The notes beneath the pieces were generated by a model that worked only from the letters and a program-made list of their open reading frames with translations, was not told where the DNA came from and searched no databases. Of a stretch of 24,894 bases of DNA, positions 1 to 11,381 are shown one piece after another (position 1 is the first letter of the stretch; the number at the start of each line of letters is the position of its first letter). The stretch spans positions 1 through 24,894 of the forward strand of contig BAAFSQ010000141.1 in NCBI GenBank assembly GCA_054661495.1. The letters run 5' to 3'. The position numbers were made by a program, and so were the translations under genes. Source of the stretch: Zygophlyctis sp. KS116. Lineage: Eukaryota; Fungi; Chytridiomycota.

Positions 1-183
1 TCCTTTAGTGTCTTCTTTAGAATCACCCTTATTATCTCCTTTTGGATCTCCTTTAGTGTCTTCTTTAGAATCACCCTTATTATCTCCTTTTGGATCTCCT
101 TTAGTGTCTTCTTTAGAATCACCCTTATTATCTCCTTTTGGATCTCCTTTGGTGTCTTCTTTAGAATCACCCTTATTATCTCC
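1..183. repeat. 48-bp coding tandem repeat, about 3.8 copies visible
   Basis: Unit tcctttagtgtcttctttagaatcacccttattatctccttttggatc starts at 1, 49, 97 and 145 (partial); copies near-identical. Confidence 0.97.
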
Positions 184-398
184 ACCTTTAGAGTCACCAC
201 CATTAGAATCAGAAGTATTTCCCTTAGAATCACCACCATTAGAATCATCTACTATAACTACAACTGTTCCATCATCCTGGGCAGCATCTCGTCTTATCAA
301 TCCTAGAATTTAAACGCATATATCATACCATTTTCATTATCCGCAAGCGGTGCAGCAGATATAGCAGCAGCCAAAACTAATACATGAGCAACTTTCAT
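1..398 (-). CDS. Secreted low-complexity repeat protein (signal peptide, Kex2-like RR site, GDNKGDSKEDTKGDPK repeats); 3' end runs off the window
   Basis: ATG at 398-396 gives MKVAHVLVLAAAISAAPLADNEN. After a 26-nt GT-AG intron (303-328) it reads GLIRRDAAQDDGTVVVIVDDSNGGDSKG and stays open through the repeats to position 1. Not in the ORF track, which shows only the antisense shadow 8..313. Confidence 0.85.
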
Positions 399-403
399 TT
401 TTT

Positions 404-567
404 GATAGCTGACAGCTGCTACATTCTGCTTTTATGCACACCTGTCAAACTATCACTAAGCAGTATCATCACTAGTGAGGCGTCTATCAAACTACCGTTA
501 AGCAGCATAATCATTCTGTCAAACCGATACAAAGCAACATCATCATTAAGCTAGACAGCTGTCAAAA
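404..567. promoter_or_regulatory. Degenerate ~30-bp repeats carrying TGTCA/TGACAG motifs upstream of the secreted-protein gene
   Basis: CT(G/A)TCAAAC...AAGCA...ATCA units at about 442, 484 and 516, partial at 559; tgacagctg at 410-418; palindrome gacagctgtc at 554-563. Function is inferred. Confidence 0.55.
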
Positions 568-712
568 ATGCATTACATACTATACAACTACTGATTAAAA
601 CAAGCGCTTACTTTTTACAAACAGAAATCGCTATTGGATTATTTTTAGGGGAATCTTTTAATCAGTAATTTTGGAATTTTTCAATCAAATAATGAATACA
701 TGGCATCATTTA

Positions 713-1697
713 TTATTTTCTACCTGGCCGAGCAGGTTTAGAAAATCTTAAATTATCAGCTGATTTAGCAGGAGCCTTTAAACTAATAATCTCTGCCTCA
801 ATTTCTTTGGAATTATCTAATTCAATCTAGAATTAATCTCCTATTTTTACCCTTTTAAAAGATGAAAATAATGGCTCTGCTACCGAAACTGCTGATGGTC
901 TAGCTGAAGCATATTTCATTTTATCCTTGACAGATGATGCAGCAGGACAAATGTATACAAATACTTTTAAATTAGATTAAAACAATTTACCCAAATCTTG
1001 ATCTAAATAATATCCAAACCTTGGACTCGTAGCATTAAATTTACTTACAAATAAAGATAAATCTACCGACTCTACAACAGAATCTAAAATTAAAGAATCA
1101 TTTTCTAATTTCTAGAATTAATTTTTCCATCCTTACAAACACTAATCCACCGCTCCCTCTAGATTTCAATTCCTGAATTTCACTAGTTAATTTTGAATCA
1201 ATTTTGAATTTCAATCCCATTATATGACCTTGTCTCATATTAGAACTAGTATCAACCATTGCTAAATCATTTTTAACCTTTTGCATTTCCAATTCACGAT
1301 CAGTAAATGGCTTATCATCATTAACACTGCTAAAGTCTAGATATCCCTGATAAGAAAGCTCTTTGAGTGAAGAAATGTCCCACTTTACACTTCCTACCCC
1401 CAACTCTTTAGTCAGCAAACCCTTTGAGGAAGCGTAGAGCATTTTGTCACGCACTGATGCATTATCAGGAACAAATGTAATTAGCAAATTTTCCTTTTTC
1501 AACAAGAGATAGAATGCATTATTTCCAGGTACTTTTAAAGTATCTAAAGACTCTTGGAAACTATTTTGATTATAAATTATTTTATCTAGAATAAATTCTT
1601 CATTTTTTATATAAATTAGGAATCCAAAATCATTACAAGATGTCTGAATGGCATTAGTAAGTTGAAGGCAAGGTTTAATACCAGAGTTTAAAGCCAT
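713..1697 (-). CDS. TWF1: Twinfilin (two ADF-H domains)
   Basis: FVPDNASVRDKMLYASSK in the first ADF-H domain, YICPAASSVKDKMKYAS in the second, C-terminal FSKPARPGRK*. Introns 1112-1136, 964-990 and 827-850. Confidence 0.92.
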
Positions 1698-1729
1698 TTC
1701 GGGACTGGGAGCGCGTCATTGTGTCTTTG

Positions 1730-1818
1730 GCGGTGTGTGGTCTGATGCCAAGGTTGAACCAGGGTGTGGGCGATAAGAATGTCTGATGCCAAGGTTTACC
1801 AAGAGGCAGCGGTGTGTG
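1730..1818. repeat. Direct repeats in the twinfilin/pinin divergent region
   Basis: gtctgatgccaaggtt at 1740-1755 and 1781-1796; gcggtgtgtg at 1730-1739 and 1809-1818. Confidence 0.85.
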
Positions 1819-1826
1819 CAATTAGA

Positions 1827-2492
1827 ATGACTATAGATTCTGAAAAGGAAATGCAAGAGCAAGTAGAAAAAAAAGATGCTTGGGATCCGCCCGAAAAGAA
1901 AAAACCTGCGCTCATAGAATCGGAAGAAGTTAAAAAGAGATCAAAGAGAATGTTTGGGCTGATGTTGGGGACTTTGAATTCTTTAAAGGAAAAATCATCT
2001 TCAGAAATCAAGAGAGAAAAAGTACAGGAAAAGTTGCTGGCTAAGCTAGCACAAGAAAAAAAAGAAATGGAACTGAAAATTCAACAAGAAACAATGGCCA
2101 AGAAATCAAAGATTTTAGAAAAAAGGAAAATTGATGATTCTCTCCGTTACAAAACAACGATGGAAACTGTAAATTCAGTCCTAGAAAAGTATTCGGGATT
2201 TTGTCAGACAGAAACTTTACCGCCAATTTACTTTTTGCCAATGGTTCATTCAGAAAAATCTCTAGAAAACTTGAAAAAATCTACAGAAATTATAGAAAAT
2301 TTAAAAAAATCAATCACTTTTAATCATCAGGAATACATGGATTCAGAATATCCATTAGATTCTCAGATACAATCTGTGGTGGATGACTCTGTAGATGTAA
2401 AAATGGAAGATTCTGTTCAAGAATCGGATTTACAGGAAAAAGATCTCACTACAAATAATAGTATGCAAGATATTAAAGAAGAAAAAGATTAA
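1827..2492 (+). CDS. Pinin/SDK/MemA-domain protein
   Basis: KRSKRMFGLMLGTL and TETLPPIYFLP match conserved pinin-domain motifs around a coiled coil. Start taken at ATG 1827; ATG 1779 is an in-frame alternative inside the repeat. Confidence 0.8.
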   Translation: MTIDSEKEMQEQVEKKDAWDPPEKKKPALIESEEVKKRSKRMFGLMLGTLNSLKEKSSSEIKREKVQEKLLAKLAQEKKEMELKIQQETMAKKSKILEKRKIDDSLRYKTTMETVNSVLEKYSGFCQTETLPPIYFLPMVHSEKSLENLKKSTEIIENLKKSITFNHQEYMDSEYPLDSQIQSVVDDSVDVKMEDSVQESDLQEKDLTTNNSMQDIKEEKD

Positions 2493-3925
2493 GATTTCTT
2501 TTTATAGAATAATACGTATGCACTAGACATTGGAGTTGGAATATTGATTTTAGAGACTGTAGAATCGTCTTTAATGTACCATGTGTTGTCATCTGAATTA
2601 AGAGTATGCGCAATGTAATGTCCACCTCCTAGGCCCCCCATGTGGTTTGAGATTCCAAAAAGGTCATAATTACACAGCAGGTCTACCCCTAGAGAATTAC
2701 TCATTGAAGATTTAAGGGATAATCCTGAAATTGGGAAATTTACTAGGCAATCCAACTTATCCCTTGAAAAGGAACTGTAATTAAAACGTTTTAGGTCTAG
2801 GGTTAGATCAATATAGTATTACGTAGTACTAGAACTTGAGGACATTTATAGATTTGTAATTTTTTGGATGCTTTTTGATATGATTTGCATTTTGAGCATA
2901 AAAATGGTTCATCAAGAACCTCACTTTTAGAAAATTCATCTAGACAATCTAAAAGACTTAAGGATGAACTCTATAAAAGTTACATAAATTTATAAAACCT
3001 TTGGTATAGGAAGTGATAAATCCATAAATATTTCAAATGTGACTGATTCTTGCTTACAACCGTGACATTTAACAGTTGACTGTAATTGTCCCGCAAATAT
3101 ATCAGAAATTACACTATCATTCATAGATTTACAAATATTCCAACTTGCGGTGGCCTTATCAATATCACTTAACTTATCCAATTCTTCATCCTTGAAATTC
3201 CACTTCTTCTTCTCAATGACCCTATTTAAGTCTTCTGATAAGCCATCGAGCATAAATCTTAAAAATTCCTGAGAATCTTGTTGTCTATATCCTATAAATT
3301 GTGGAGCCCATTTTTCAATGTTTTGTTTAAACTTTAAAGGTGAAATTACTTCTTGAGCAGATGAATGCAACGCTTTATGAACAAGATCAGCAAATGCGAT
3401 CGCTAATTGACCTGAACAATATCAGTTTTTATGCGTGGGTAAATGGTATGCGATGATTTACCTTTAAGCGGAGATCCCTTATTTAGATCACACTTGTATA
3501 ATTCAGAATCAAAATATCCCAATAAATCCCATGATGCGCAAATGCATTGTAGAATAGAATTCATAAAGCACTACAAATTTAGAATTTCGGACATACAGTA
3601 TTTCCCAGATTTGTAAATCCGATCAGACATCTGGCTTTTCCTGATGTTGGCTTTAAATGATATCTTGATAAATTAACCGCTGGTGGTTTGGATAGTAATG
3701 ATTTTAAAGATGATGCTTTATTTAGCGTCGGTAGAGATTCAATATGTAAATCCTTAAAATCCGATTCGAGTGGAGTCTCCCTTGAAGATCGCCTCTTTTC
3801 CCTGCTTGTACCATTTGATCTAATCTTTACTATTGTAAGTTTTACCCTGTTTGTGATGAAAAACTAGTTCTTAAACTACCCAACCGACCAAATCTATTAG
3901 GCGAAGAAGGAGATTTATAACTCAT
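2489..3925 (-). CDS. Ubiquitin-specific protease (peptidase C19, USP2/8/21-like)
   Basis: Cys box GFTNLGNT|CFMNS, QQDSQEFL, LHLKRF, His box NHMGGLGGGHY, and AYVLFY. Introns 3820-3845, 3571-3596, 3412-3461, 2971-2998 and 2797-2822. Confidence 0.92.
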
Positions 3926-5072
3926 ATGAATGACGTAAGGGAATTTCTTGAATCTCTATTTCCTCAGGTTCACAAAGAACATTTACTGCAATTGACAGAT
4001 CTCTATGATGCAAACATACCTGATATCATCAATCATTTATTATCGCATGAAGATGAAGATGATATCGATGTATTGACTAAACTATTTCCTGACTCAACGA
4101 TTTCTGATATACAAACTGCTTGGATTGAATCGAATGGAAAGTTAGAAATTGCTGCTCAGTATATACTGAGCTTATGTGAAAATGGCAATGATGATCCTCT
4201 GGGACAATCTAATCTTACAAATGACTCTAATTGTAATGAAAAAGAGGATTTAGAAACTCTGCATCAAGCGGATGACTCAAATAATTTTTATACTCTAATC
4301 GAAATGTTTCCTGATCATCCTGTAGAATTAATATCATCAATTTTTGATGATTTTGGATTTGAAACTGGGATATCAAAGATTTTAGATTTAGAGAATGCAT
4401 GTAAAGGAGATTGTATTGACTCTGGATTTCCATGTTTACTCCACTCTAGCAATAGTAACTATCACCAAAACCTTTTAAATTCTGTAAAGCAAGCCCCCTC
4501 TTATAATCTACAATCTAAACAGAATGAAATTCAATATATTTTATCTCCAATTACAAGATCATATCATTCAGAGATTAATATACAATTAGATGAATCTGAA
4601 ATATCAAAAGGATCAAATTATCTTCGAAATCGAGCACAAGATGCAAGAAAATCAAGGAATGATGCGTATCAAAAAGCATCAAGTACTTGGAAAAATAACA
4701 ATCTTACTGCAAAAGGATCAGCTTCATACTATGGGATACAAGTATTTATGATGTTTTAAATTTTAGGGAAGGAATTATCATAATGAAGTTTGTAAATGGA
4801 ATGCATTTGCAGTAGAAGCTTTATTAAGAGAAAATCATAGAGAAGGTGTGCTTGATCTTCATGGATTTACAGTTCAAGAAGCGGTTGGAGTGTTACCTAG
4901 AATAATTCAAGATTGGAAGAATAGTCCTCGAAAGAAATTTAAAATTATAGTAGGAAGGGGAAATCATTCATCAACGGGATCAAGATTGGGACCGGCAGTT
5001 AAGAAATGGCTTACTGATGAAAATATCAGATTTGATGCTGAACCTGGTAGTTTTAATCTCGCAATGAATTAA
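3926..5072 (+). CDS. CUE-domain / Smr-domain endonuclease (Cue2/N4BP2-like, ribosome quality control)
   Basis: Three CUE-like motifs (SLFPQ, KLFPD, EMFPD), a DUF1771-like helix (RNDAYQKASSTWK...ASYY), and Smr motifs LDLHG and IIVGRGNHS. Intron 4742-4766 (25 nt). Confidence 0.88.
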
Positions 5073-5103
5073 ACGGACCGTTTTTAAATCCACGTGTGGG
5101 TTA

Positions 5104-6227
5104 ATGGAACAAATGATTGGATATAGTCAGATAAATGTATCGCACTCTCCGACTGCTTCTAAAATGTCAATAGATAAATTACTGAATAAATATTTACAGT
5201 CTATACTAAAAGACAAGGGAACTAGAAAAGTCTTTTGGTTCCTTTGTCTCAATTTATCCTTTACAATGATTGAATTCATCTACGGTTCAATAACAAACTC
5301 TTTGGGACTAACCGCAGATGCCATACACATGCTATTCGACTCTACCGCAATTATATTTTCATTAACGGCGTCAGTTGTTGCTTCATGGCCTGCTACATCG
5401 TCATGGCCTTTTGGGTTTCATAGAGTGGAGACTATGGCTGGATTTGTGAATGCATTAGCATTGTTTTTTGCGTCTGGACATATCTTATGGGAAGCTATTG
5501 AGAGGCTTTGGGAACCTGTGGAGCTGAAAACTGGGAAACTTTTGGTTGTTTCTGTATTGGGACTATTTGTGAATATAGGTATGGTTTATTAGATTTATTT
5601 TAGTGGGTATATACTCTTTTGATCATGGCGGATTACATCATCATCATGATCATCATGAACACCAACATCACGAACATGATCATCACCATGACTCTCACAA
5701 TAATCATCACCATGAATGCAACAATTCTCATACTCAGTCGCATTTGATGCAAGGTAAATTTATATTTTAAAACTCTAGGAATGTTTTTACATGTTTTGGC
5801 AGACACTCTAGGCTCTGTTGGGGTTATTATCTCATCAATCTTAATTTATTCGTTTGGTTGGACATGGGCAGATCCTGTTTGCTCTATATTTATAGCAATT
5901 ATGGTTTCTTTAAGTTCATGGCCTCTATTGCAAGAATCAGGAGAAATTTTGCTTCTAAGAAGTCCAAGAGCTCTAGAAAACAAATTGAAGTGTGTTTTAT
6001 GTGATGTAAATGATAAATATAACTAATATTAGATTCTACAGATTCCTAATGTGGAAGGTTATTCTAATGAACGTTTTTGGCAAGTTTCGTATGGAAATTA
6101 TATCGGATCTCTTCAAGTCCAAGTTTCAGATAGTGCAAAGGAGATAGAAGTGAAAAAGAAAGTCCTCGGATTGTTTGAAAATCTGGGATTTAAGAGTGTC
6201 GTTGTTCAAATTGATAAAAATGCTTAA
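5104..6227 (+). CDS. Cation diffusion facilitator zinc transporter (Msc2/ZnT5/ZnT7-like)
   Basis: NSLGLTADAIHMLFD, FGFHRVETMAGFVN, a His-rich loop exon (5604-5753) and FLHVLADTLGSVGVI. Introns 5579-5603, 5754-5778 and 6006-6032. The start could be ATG 5104, 5113 or 5164. Confidence 0.92.
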
Positions 6228-6241
6228 CCTTTTTCAATGTA

Positions 6242-8330
<2,089 letters not shown>

Positions 8331-8504
8331 TCTTTAGATTTTAGCAATGATTAGAGAGAAAATATAAATTAGCTCTGTGAACGACACTATTAAACTAAAC
8401 AATAAAAAGTTTTATTCGACTTATACCCCTTATTACCGTATAATTTTTCACTGTTTTTTTTCAGACCAACGCTCTCAAGGGTCTGGGCACAGTCAAATTT
8501 TAAA

Positions 8505-10455
8505 CTGGACGAAGCCGTAGAAACTGATCCAAGTGGGCGCTTTGAGCGGTATTCCACATGCCTAGGAACAGGCGCACATAAGATAGTCTACAAGGCTTTT
8601 GATCAGGAAGAGGGGGTGGAAGTGGCTTGGAATACTCTCTTAAATGTGTAAATATGCAATCTAAATCTAGTATTGATAAGGAAAAGGTTTTACAGGAAAT
8701 TAGAATCTTAACTTGTGTCAACAATCCAAATGTTATTACTTTAATTCATTCTTGGTTAGATGACAAACATGTGGTTTTTATTACAGAATTAATGACTTCT
8801 GGAACTCTGAAATCCTTTTTACAGAAAACTAAAGGTCCTGTAAGATCTAAAATACTTAAAAACTGGGCACGACAAATTCTTTGCGGTATTTATATTTAGG
8901 TTAAGAGTTAGGGCTTAGTTATCTTCACTCTAAATCGCCACCAATTATTCATAGAGACCTAAAATGTGAAAATATATTTATTAATGGGAATAATGGACAG
9001 GCAAAAATAGGGGATTTAGGGCTGGCTGTAGTGAAGAATTCGCAACATTTAAGTAGTGTATTAGGAACACCAGAGTTTTTAGCTCCAGAAGTTTATGATG
9101 AGAAATATGATGAAAAAGTGGATATTTATGCTTTTGGGATGGTAATTGAATTTTCTAAAAGAAATTAGGTTTTGTTGGAAATTATAACAAAGGAATATCC
9201 TTATGCAGAATGTAGTAATCAAGCTCAGATATATAAAAAAGTTTCATCAGGGATTAAACCTTTGGCACTTTCAAGAGTAATTGATGAAGCTTCTAGGGCA
9301 TTTGTAGAATTATGTCTTAATTTTGATCCGGAAAATAGGCCGAGTGCACTTGAATTACTAAGTCATCCATTTTTAAGTGATGCTCCAATGATGTCTCCAG
9401 AAACTTCTTTTGATCATATTGCAGCATTTTCTGATGTTTCTTCAGTAACTTCGTATGAGACGACTCTTAGAAATGAAGCTCCGTCAAATTCTCTAAAACA
9501 TATTGTAGATGCGGAACATCATACTTTTCTGATTTTGGAAAGGCCTACTTTAAGTAAAGCAATCAATAATAGTGGAATACCAGATTCTCATTGTGTTGTA
9601 GAATACGTTGATAGACCTTCTGAACATGAAGTTACCCTTAAAATGTTGTATGGGGCTCATGGTGCTCCGATTTCAGAAATTAGATTTCCGTTTAAACTTT
9701 TGGAAGATACAGCTGAAGGTGTGGTTGCTGAAATGATCAAGGAGGCTCTTATAGCAAAACAAGATGAGGTTTTGGCAAAAATGAAGTTGTTGGAATCACT
9801 AAAGGCTGTTTTTTATGGACCAAAAAGGGGTATGAATAATGAAGGTGTACTAGGTGGCTCTCCGTTAAACTCTCCATTATTAAAGCCATCTGCTACCCCG
9901 TATCATTTAGATTTATCTGGAAAGACTCGTGCAGCTTCTTTGTCGGGATCTGTCAATCTTCTCGAGAATTCTTTGAATTTGCCTGGATCTGCTACTGGAT
10001 CGCCCGAATACCCCACTCCTTGGAACACACTTCCTCGAGCTTCTAAAGAATCTACAAAAGATGAACACTTTCCCACTCCGGCAAGCTGCCAATCTTCTAC
10101 ATCAATGGATGAAGCAGTAAAGAACAGGCTAAAAGAGTTACAGGAGTTGAATTTGCAAGGTCTTGGATCTATGGATGCCAATAAAACATCAACAATCAAT
10201 CGGCACAGGGCTCAGCCAATTCTAGGATCAGGCGACTCACATCAATGGCCTATTACATTCGGACAAAACTCACAGAGCAGATCCCAATCCTTTGTACGAC
10301 AATCATATTCGACAAGACTTCCCTCTGAACCTACCATTGGTCAGCTCGCAGCGCATCAGAGATCGCAATCATCTAACTCTAGTATATCAGGAATCACCAA
10401 TATTTCGACTGAAAATTTGAATTTTGATCAGTTGGATCATATAGAAAAAAGTTGA
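8505..10455 (+). CDS. WNK: WNK (with-no-lysine) Ser/Thr kinase with C-terminal CCT-like domain; start codon unresolved
   Basis: [11 protein letters not shown]...[14 protein letters not shown]...EVAWN (Lys in subdomain I), [46 protein letters not shown], and CCT-like [17 protein letters not shown]. Introns 8648-8670, 8886-8911 and 9142-9168. No in-frame ATG upstream of the kinase domain; start drawn at CTG 8505. Confidence 0.9.
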
Positions 10456-10524
10456 AATTACTGGATAATGATTTTTTTTAAAAACTTCCATTACTCCCTC
10501 TTGATATGCTTTTTCAAATAAATA

Positions 10525-11204
10525 CTATATTTTCATTGAAGTATAAGTTGGAATCCTAGATCTAATAACCTTGAATAAGTTTAAAACCACTTACTTTTAA
10601 CGCATCTGCCCCTCCACATTCTTCAATTGTAGCGAGAACAGAATAAGTCCTTTCGCGAATAGCAATATCCGTTCCAAGAACTTTTGAACCAAGTGGAGGT
10701 AGTACAAATCCTAAATGAGGAGTTAAAGCAGATCCCATTAATTTAGCCAGCGTTTCTAAATTTTCCAATGCTGTATAGTACAAGTCAACAGACTTTGAGC
10801 CTAATGCAGTTCTTAACGAAGGAATGCAACCCGAAAGAACCAATTTTATCTTTGGAACTGCATTCGGAGCTCCCAATAATTCTTTAAGTCCTTGTTTGAC
10901 TACAAATACGTATGGGAATGCGGTTTCTTGCAGTCCCTCGAAAAATGTCATTAGTAATGGATTATAATTGACTTGAGAAATTGGAATATCCCATCCAAGT
11001 TTATGTTTTACTGATCCATGCAATAGCCGACATGCTATTTATTAGTACCGGTTTCTTACGGATTCCACCTTTTGCGTGAAGAGCAGAAAATGAAGTCTTG
11101 TATACTTTATCTTGGCCTAATGGATGTACTATATTTCGGCTTGTAGTTTCAGGCTTTGATGGTTTCTTGAGAGGAATTCGTCCGGTTTCCTTCTTTGATA
11201 ACAT
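10525..11204 (-). CDS. PACRGL: PACRG-like protein
   Basis: Spliced GGIP|CRLLHGSVKHKLGW, FFEGLQETAFPYVFV and C-terminal IRSRIPTYTS. Introns 11035-11059 and 10570-10594 (both 25 nt). Confidence 0.88.
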
Positions 11205-11235
11205 TAGTTCGGAAGTTTATCTGCAATCTGTTTCT

Positions 11236-11350
11236 AATGATTCAACGATCCCAATCATGATCATAATGATTCCAAAGCATAATGATCACAAAGCATAATG
11301 ATTCCAATCATGACAAGGAATGCATTGATCATAATGATTAAATGATTCCA
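11236..11350. repeat. AATGAT-based degenerate tandem repeat in the PACRGL/DCAF4 divergent region
   Basis: AATGAT at 11236, 11265, 11281, 11297, 11333 and 11341, with a 16-bp periodic core cataatgat(t/c)(c/a)caaag. Confidence 0.85.
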
Positions 11351-11381
11351 AGTCTTGCAAAGCGCCCTAACTGACTTATAA

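Noticed and set aside
8-313. Plus-strand ORF of SSLESPLLSPFGSPLV repeats
   Set aside because: Antisense shadow of the 48-bp repeat. The minus strand has the ATG, signal peptide and a canonical intron.
3412-3461. Intronic snoRNA in the 50-nt intron
   Set aside because: Too short, and no recognisable C/D or H/ACA box arrangement.
5623-5745. CAT/CAC-rich microsatellite-like tract
   Set aside because: It is the ordinary His-rich loop of the CDF zinc transporter.
11098-11298. ORF ending in IPIMIIMIPKHNDHKA
   Set aside because: Antisense to PACRGL exon 1; the tail is just a translation of the AATGAT repeat.
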